Source: Mobula hypostoma (Eukaryota). From it: a stretch of DNA of 64,000 bases. Made by a program: the position numbers and the translations under genes. Positions 57,770-64,000 of the stretch are shown piece by piece (position 1 is the stretch's first letter; every line of letters begins with the position of its first letter). A model generated the notes under the pieces. The model saw only the letters and a list, made by a program, of their open reading frames with translations, was not told the DNA's origin and ran no database searches. Where the stretch lies: NCBI RefSeq assembly GCF_963921235.1, contig NC_086108.1, forward strand, positions 82,462,001 through 82,526,000, read 5' to 3'.

Positions 57770-60680
57770 ACCATAAAATACAAGAGCAGAATTGGGCCAT
57801 TTTGGCTGATTGAGTATGCTCTCCCATTCGATCATGGATGATGCTTTTTCAACCCCATTATCCTCCCTTCTCTGTGTAACCCTTAAACCCTCACCAACAA
57901 AGAACCTATCAATCTCTGCATCAAATGCTGGGCCTCCACAGCCGTCTGTGGCAATGAATTTCACAGTGTTATCACCCTCTGGCTTTATCGTGAGGTTTTT
58001 GCCTCTGAGTCGCTCTTTCTTTTTCCTGAACTATCACAATATCTCTGAACATGTGGGGGCAGGAATGTTGGATGAGCACAATAGTTTCTCCAAAAAAAAG
58101 TGAAATTCAACTGCAGTTGAACTTTTAATTGTGATGAATTGCTCAATTGTGATGAATGGTGTCTCTTCCACTGAAAATTAAATTTCACAAACGTGGAGTC
58201 TCATTGGATTCTAATTAATATTGGAGATTTTTTAAAAAAAGTTTTTTTCCAAAAATCTTTTATTTTCCCCACATAAATCCATTTTGCTTTTCCTCTCTTT
58301 GTTTTGCTCCATGTACGTTGAGGCTACCTGTTAAATATATTTAAGACAGAGATAGATAGGTTTTTGCACAGCAGGAGAAAAAGGGTTTTGGGGAAAAGGC
58401 TGGTAGGTGGAGCTGAGTCTACAGCCAGATCAGTCTGAACTTAATGAATGTCAGAACATGTTCAACAGGCCAGATAGCCTATTCCTGTTCCCAGTCAAAC
58501 ATTCCATTTGATGCCTTAGGGTTTAAGTTCTATTTCAATAGATTTAAACAGACTGGCGATGAATTTTGCTGTCTTTTCTCATTTTGTTCAATGATACAAC
58601 AGATACCCTCTAGAGGATGCTATCTCGGAGATGCTCCCTGAATGCCCCCTGGGGAGCTGTAAGTGTAATGCAATGCACTGCTTCAATCAGCAATGCCAAC
58701 TCACCACCTCATCGCAGCAATTTGCCCTGCTGTGTGATGAACTGAGACCGAGGCTGTGGGCCTATTCTGACTGCCCCGGCTCTATGGACTCAAATTAGTT
58801 CGGAATGCTGTTGCTTACTTTTATTGTTCACATGATTTGCATTTTTTTCTTTCTTTGGGTGTTGGTCCTTTTTCAAAATTGGGTTCCCTTGGGTTTCTTA
58901 CTTAATGGCTGCCTGATTTCAGACTAATCTCAAGGTTGTATAATCAACATTCACAAACATTTAAAAACTATTGAGAAATCAACAGCAAAATCTATTACAA
59001 TTACATGAATAAAAATACGCAGTAAAGCATTAGTAAACATCAGAAACATTTTAAGAGTTGGGAGAGTTGGGGCCTTAAAGAGAAGAAGATAAGTCATGAA
59101 ATGAAAACATAGAAAATGCTGGAAACACTTTACCGGTCTGATAGCATCAAAGAAAAGCAAAGACCAGGAGGAAAATGGTGTTGAATCTGTGGAATTCATT
59201 GCCACAGACAGCTATGGAGGCTAAGTCATAGGGTATATTTTAAGAGGCCAAGTCACTGGGTATACTTAAAGAGGAGGTTGATAGTTTGTTGATCAGTAAA
59301 GGTGTCAAAGGTTTCAGGGATCGGGCAGGAAAATGGGGTTGAGGAAAAATAAATTAGCCATGATTGAATCACAGAGCAGACATGATGGGCTGAATGACTT
59401 GATTCTGCTCCCACGTCTTATGGAAAGAGAAACAGTCATTGTTTTAGGAGACACAAGAGACTCCAGATACTGGAACCCGGAGCAACAAACAATCCACTGG
59501 AGGAACTCAGCACCTTAAGCAGTATACCTGGAGGGCAAACATATCGTCAACATTTCAATTGAAACCCTGCATCAGCACTGAGGATGCAGAGGGAAGAAAG
59601 CAAATATAAAGAAGAGAGGAAAGGAGAAGTGGCTTGACAAAGACCAGCAGGTGATTGCTGGACCTAGGAGGGCTGAAGGATGACAGGCAGATGGTGGGGG
59701 AGGTGGAGAGGTGGGGTTGGGAGATGGAGAGGTGGATGATTGATGTGAAGGCGGAGACAGATGGAGAGAATTAACATTTCTGCTTTGAAGGGTCTTGAAC
59801 ATGAATTGTTAACATGTTCCCTTCCCACAGAAGCGGCCTAATTCACTGAGTGCTTCCAGCAGTTTGTCTTTGTATCAGATGGCCAGCATGTGCATTGTTT
59901 TTTGATTTTCAGATAATGGAACGCACTTCAGCAGCATTATGAAAATGATGTCTGATATGCGAGAAGTATTTGAACCTGATGCTTGCTTGGACTCCAAAAT
60001 TGTCACCTTCATTGGATTCCTCTCTGAGGAGAAAAGTACTTTCTCAGACCAAAGTTCCTCAGTCTCTCCCTTCATATCTTGGCCCAGGTTCGGCAGGCAG
60101 GTTCCCCAGTGTGACTGCTGGAAAGCCACAGTGCAGTCAGAATGACAGCAATATAGGAGCCTATATAATCCTGAGACTAGTGGACGCCCAGGTGCTTACA
60201 GAGAGTCCCAACTGTCCTCATTGTTATGTGGGGAAAGCACAATGAGTTATGCATGGACCTGCAGTTTTTCATAGGGAAGTACCAGCCACCGAAGAGTTAC
60301 AGGAATTGTTTCTTCAATGGTGTTGTAATAATACTCTTTGTTTCCAAACAGGACTACAAGCTTGCAGGTACTCCTCCAACTCTCCCCTCACCTTCTCGTT
60401 CCAGATTTTGCCCCCTTCCTTTCCAGAAATGCCAACTGCTTGTTCCCCTCCATGGTTACTGGAGTTCTTCCAGCTTTTTGTGTGTGTATTGCTCAAGCTA
60501 TCCAGCATCTGCTGTATCCCTTGCGTTTATGAGAAAGTAATTTCACCTTCATGCTTGCTAGGCAGATGGATGATAGAAAAATGGAGGGCTACGTAGGAGG
60601 GAAGGATTAGATTGCTCTGGGTAGGTTAAAAGGTCGGCACAACATCATGGGCTGAAGGGCCTGTAGTGTTCTGTGTTCAA
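57770..60680. repeat. Cluster of short CR1 3' tails (57770..57985 minus; 58320..58490, 59175..59420 and 60560..60680 plus) and Penelope pLTR remnants (59450..59760 minus; 59785..59910 and 60400..60520 plus)
   Basis: Similarity to the longer copies elsewhere in the window. Confidence 0.65.
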
Positions 60681-61561
60681 TGCTTGATTATAGAAATAAT
60701 TGTAACGTGTTTCTTTCAGTTAGGACCAGGGTGAACCTAGCGTATGAATTTGGAAAAAAAGTAAACTGAGCACCTTTCTGACATTTTATTCATGGTCAGA
60801 GAATTAAGAAGCACATCAGTGGCACCATTTATTCCTTATTTGTAGATTCCCACTTTGTCAGCACTTGATAAAACATACAGTATAAAATGTGTAACCCAGC
60901 CTTGGTATGGTCTGCTGTGGCTCAGTGAATATAATTATATTAATGTATGTGAATGATTACTCTACCTATTATAGTAATAGACTGCAGTATGGACCTCTGA
61001 AGAATTAATGACACATGAAACTATTTGGGTTTTTACTGCGCTGAGATGGCTGGATTGAAATGTGTAAATATTCTTGGATTTCTTTTCACACTGTATGCGT
61101 TTGACAACAACATTCTCATCATTTTAACCTGTAATTTAGGGAAAAAAGAAATTAAAAAAAATAAACTTATGGTAATAACATTAAGAACGCTCTGTCATCC
61201 CTTATCAATCCCCAAAGTAAGGAAGTGGTCAGGTAATGAAGAAAGATTATGGTAATTTCACAGTTTGAATTTGAGGAGAGAAAAACAGGAACAGCTAAAA
61301 TTGCTAGGTTTTCTGAAATATGTTGGTGGAGCACATGTAGCAAATGTTACCTTGTAAAAGTTAATTGAAACCATGAAAAGGAAGGTAGTATATATTGAAT
61401 GCAAGGAATAGGCTTGATATGCCCAGTGGCTTTTCTCATTCTTTCCTCTCTTAAGGGATAAATAGTTTGATGGTGCATTTCTAATTTCATATTCAAAGAT
61501 ATTAAGTTTTCACCCCAAGGTCACAGCGAGAAGTGAAGGTTTCTCATGTCTGAAATGCATC

Positions 61562-62500
61562 CAGTGGCCTCTTTAATAGGTACACCTGCTTGTTAACGCA
61601 AATATGTAATCAGTCAATCGTATGGTAGCAACACCATACATAAAAGCATGCAGACATGGTCAAGAGGTTCAGTTATTGTTCAGACCAAATATCAGAATGG
61701 AGAAGAAATGTGATCCAAGTGACATTGACAGTGGAATGATTGTTGGTGCCAGACAGGGTGGTTTGAGTATCTCAGAAACTGCTGATCTCCTGGATTTTTC
61801 TTACACGCCAGTCTCTAGAGTTTACAGAGCGTGGTTAGAAAAATGAAACAAAAAGCATCCAGTGAGAAGCAGTTCTATGGGTGAAAAGGCCTTGTTTTTC
61901 AGAGAGGACAGAGGAGAAGGGCCAAACAGTAACCTAAATAAACATGTCTTATCACAGCGGTATGCAGAGGAGCACCTCTGACTGCACAACACATCTAACC
62001 TTGAAGTGGATGGGCTAGAGCACCATAAACGCATCCAGACATGGTCAAAAGGTTAAGTTGTTGTTCAGACCAAACATCAGAAAGGGGAAGAAATGTGATT
62101 CTAGAACTTTGACTGTGGAATCATTGTTGGTGCCAGATGGGGTGGTTTGAGTATCTCAGAAACTGATGATCTCCTGGAATTTTCACATACAACAGTCTCT
62201 AGAGCTCACAGAGCATGGTGCAGAAACCAAAAAGCATCCAGTGAGCTGCAGTTCTGTGGGCAAAAATGACTTGTTTTTGAGTGAGGTCAGATGGAAGTGG
62301 TTGGACTGGTTCAAGCTTACAGGAAGATGACAGTAGCTTAAGTAGCCATGCGTTATAACAGCGGTGTGCAAAAGAGCATCTCTGAATGCCCAACATGTTG
62401 AACCTTGAAGTGGATGGGTTACGGCAGCAGTATGCACAAACATACACTCAGTGCCCACTTCATGGGTACAGGAGATCTCTAATAAAGTAGCCACAGAGCG
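61562..62500 (+). mobile_element. Non-autonomous Tc1-like element with an internal tandem duplication of about 385 bp
   Basis: [39 protein letters not shown] at 61651 and 62036. Confidence 0.8.
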
Positions 62501-64000
62501 TATGTTGATATAATTGCAGCCAGAAGTGCAAGGTGAGACATTAGTAGTGAAGCGTATGAGGTTTCATGTTTCAGTCTTTGTTTCACTTTGGAACATTCCC
62601 TTAAAAGTAAGAGCATCCTTTGATTATTATCTGTGTGTTTATACAAGCTATTTCATTTTCTTTCAACGACAGAATCTCTGGGTTGAACGTTACTTATTTT
62701 CAGGTGATACCTGGCTCATCTTTGCTTGGGTACTCAATTATTGTTAATATTACCCTTATTACCCTTCCCTGAGATGGTTTAGGAATGAAGAGATTGCAAG
62801 AATTGTGTGTTAGCAATTGCAAACCAAATGACAGGGAGATTGGTGATTAGAAAATCATGGCTCTGCTGATGTGCCTGATACAACAGACCTAAAGAACTGA
62901 TCTTGATGTGCCCTGGTATAAATAACATTTTGGACCCTTATTCTCTCTCCTCACCTTGCTAACAGTCAAGAGAGTTTTATGCCATACTAGTTTTCAGTTT
63001 TCAAGGAAGGAAGCCTGAGTTAATTTGGAATTTACCATTTTTTTCAGCAATTCAGATTCTTAAATGCTTTATAGTCCTTTTGGGAGAGCAATGTGAAATC
63101 TTGCATGTTTTTTCCTCCAAAGAGAACAATATTGTTCTCAGATACACAGCATATTTCAATGTTTTAGTTACATTAAGAGCAGAGAAATATCATCTGTGGT
63201 TTAGAGTTAAAAGATCAAATATTAGTTTGTTTTTTACTCTGACTTCTTAAAATCTATTGGTGTAAAATTTGTGGTAATATTGAAAAGCTTTTCAGTGCAC
63301 TTCGGTACATGTAAACAATTCACCAACTTACCAATTTATTGAGAGTACTGCATGATTTAATTTTTTGGCTCATGTGAGTGGATTGAGAGTCAAAATATAG
63401 TGAGTTTTAGACTTTTATTTGCGATAGTTCAGCTTCTATTTTAATCCTTATTTAATTCTCTGTGACGTGTTTAAAATTTTTAGCTAAGACCAGTGCCTTT
63501 TTATGGCTGGTTTGCACCTTGCGCTTTTTCTTCAGTTTGACTGGCGATTTTGTCGGTTGGATGCTGATGATCTGACTGCACTGAGGCCTGACAAGAACCA
63601 GACCGAAGCAACAACTGACTGTGGCATTCAGGCCATGAGAAGATGGTGATGGGCTTCGCTTTTTGGTGGGTTGCAGTCACTGCACGGATGATACAGCAGA
63701 AACAAAACAAAAATAATGAGGTTTATTTTTGTAGCAAGCAAGAGTCACAGTAGTAAAGATCACTGAATGGCTTGGGCTTGACAGATCAAATTCATCTGGA
63801 ATATCAGTCAGGGAAATGAAGTTGAAGTCAAAGAGCAGGTCAGTCATGATGTCTCTTAATGGTAGGGTAGACTGAATGGCCAAACGTGGCTGACTGCAGT
63901 CTCAGTTTCTTGTGCTCCAGTCTATACCTTACCTATGACACTAAAGCATCTTACATCTTGCTTAACCTGTTTCAGAGACCCTGCTCCCAGTGTAGGTTGA

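Noticed and set aside
59875..60245. Overlapping ORFs of 68-91 aa with an apparent AG acceptor at 59912
   Set aside because: The pyrimidine tract is the end of a pLTR remnant, and the peptides are unrecognisable.
63677..63883. 68-aa minus-strand ORF (MAIQSTLPLRD...)
   Set aside because: Most of it looks like the reverse complement of a decayed CR1 3' tail.
1..64000. CRISPR array, retron or other prokaryotic RT-based system
   Set aside because: The DNA is a spliced vertebrate locus; all RT ORFs belong to non-LTR or Penelope retroelements, and no regularly spaced repeat array is present.

Overview
This is eukaryotic (vertebrate) genomic DNA. The repeat complement (abundant CR1 LINEs, HE1/V-type SINEs, Penelope-like elements, Rex1/Babar) suggests a cartilaginous fish, probably a ray; that is inference. 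The window holds one complete 15-exon gene on the + strand (ATG 403 to TAA 52731, 1761 nt spliced CDS, 586 aa). It encodes an amidase-signature enzyme of the FAAH1 / vitamin D3 hydroxylase-associated protein (VDHAP) family, with an intact Lys149-Ser224-Ser248 triad. All introns are GT-AG and exon sizes and phases match those I recall for mammalian FAAH. The introns are filled with nested transposable elements: CR1, L2, Rex1/Babar, RTE and Tx1 LINEs, a near-intact Neptune-type Penelope element, Tc1 and Tigger DNA transposons, MITEs and SINEs. The most interesting signals are (i) dispersed minimal type I hammerhead-ribozyme motifs in Penelope pseudo-LTRs, including solo, head-to-head and fold-back insertions with 10-15 bp target duplications; (ii) unusual substitutions around the amidase active site; and (iii) a Tigger-type element with segments resembling mammalian MER2/Tigger4. 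I see no evidence of a wholly new system beyond these. TE boundaries are approximate unless a TSD or TIR is quoted.
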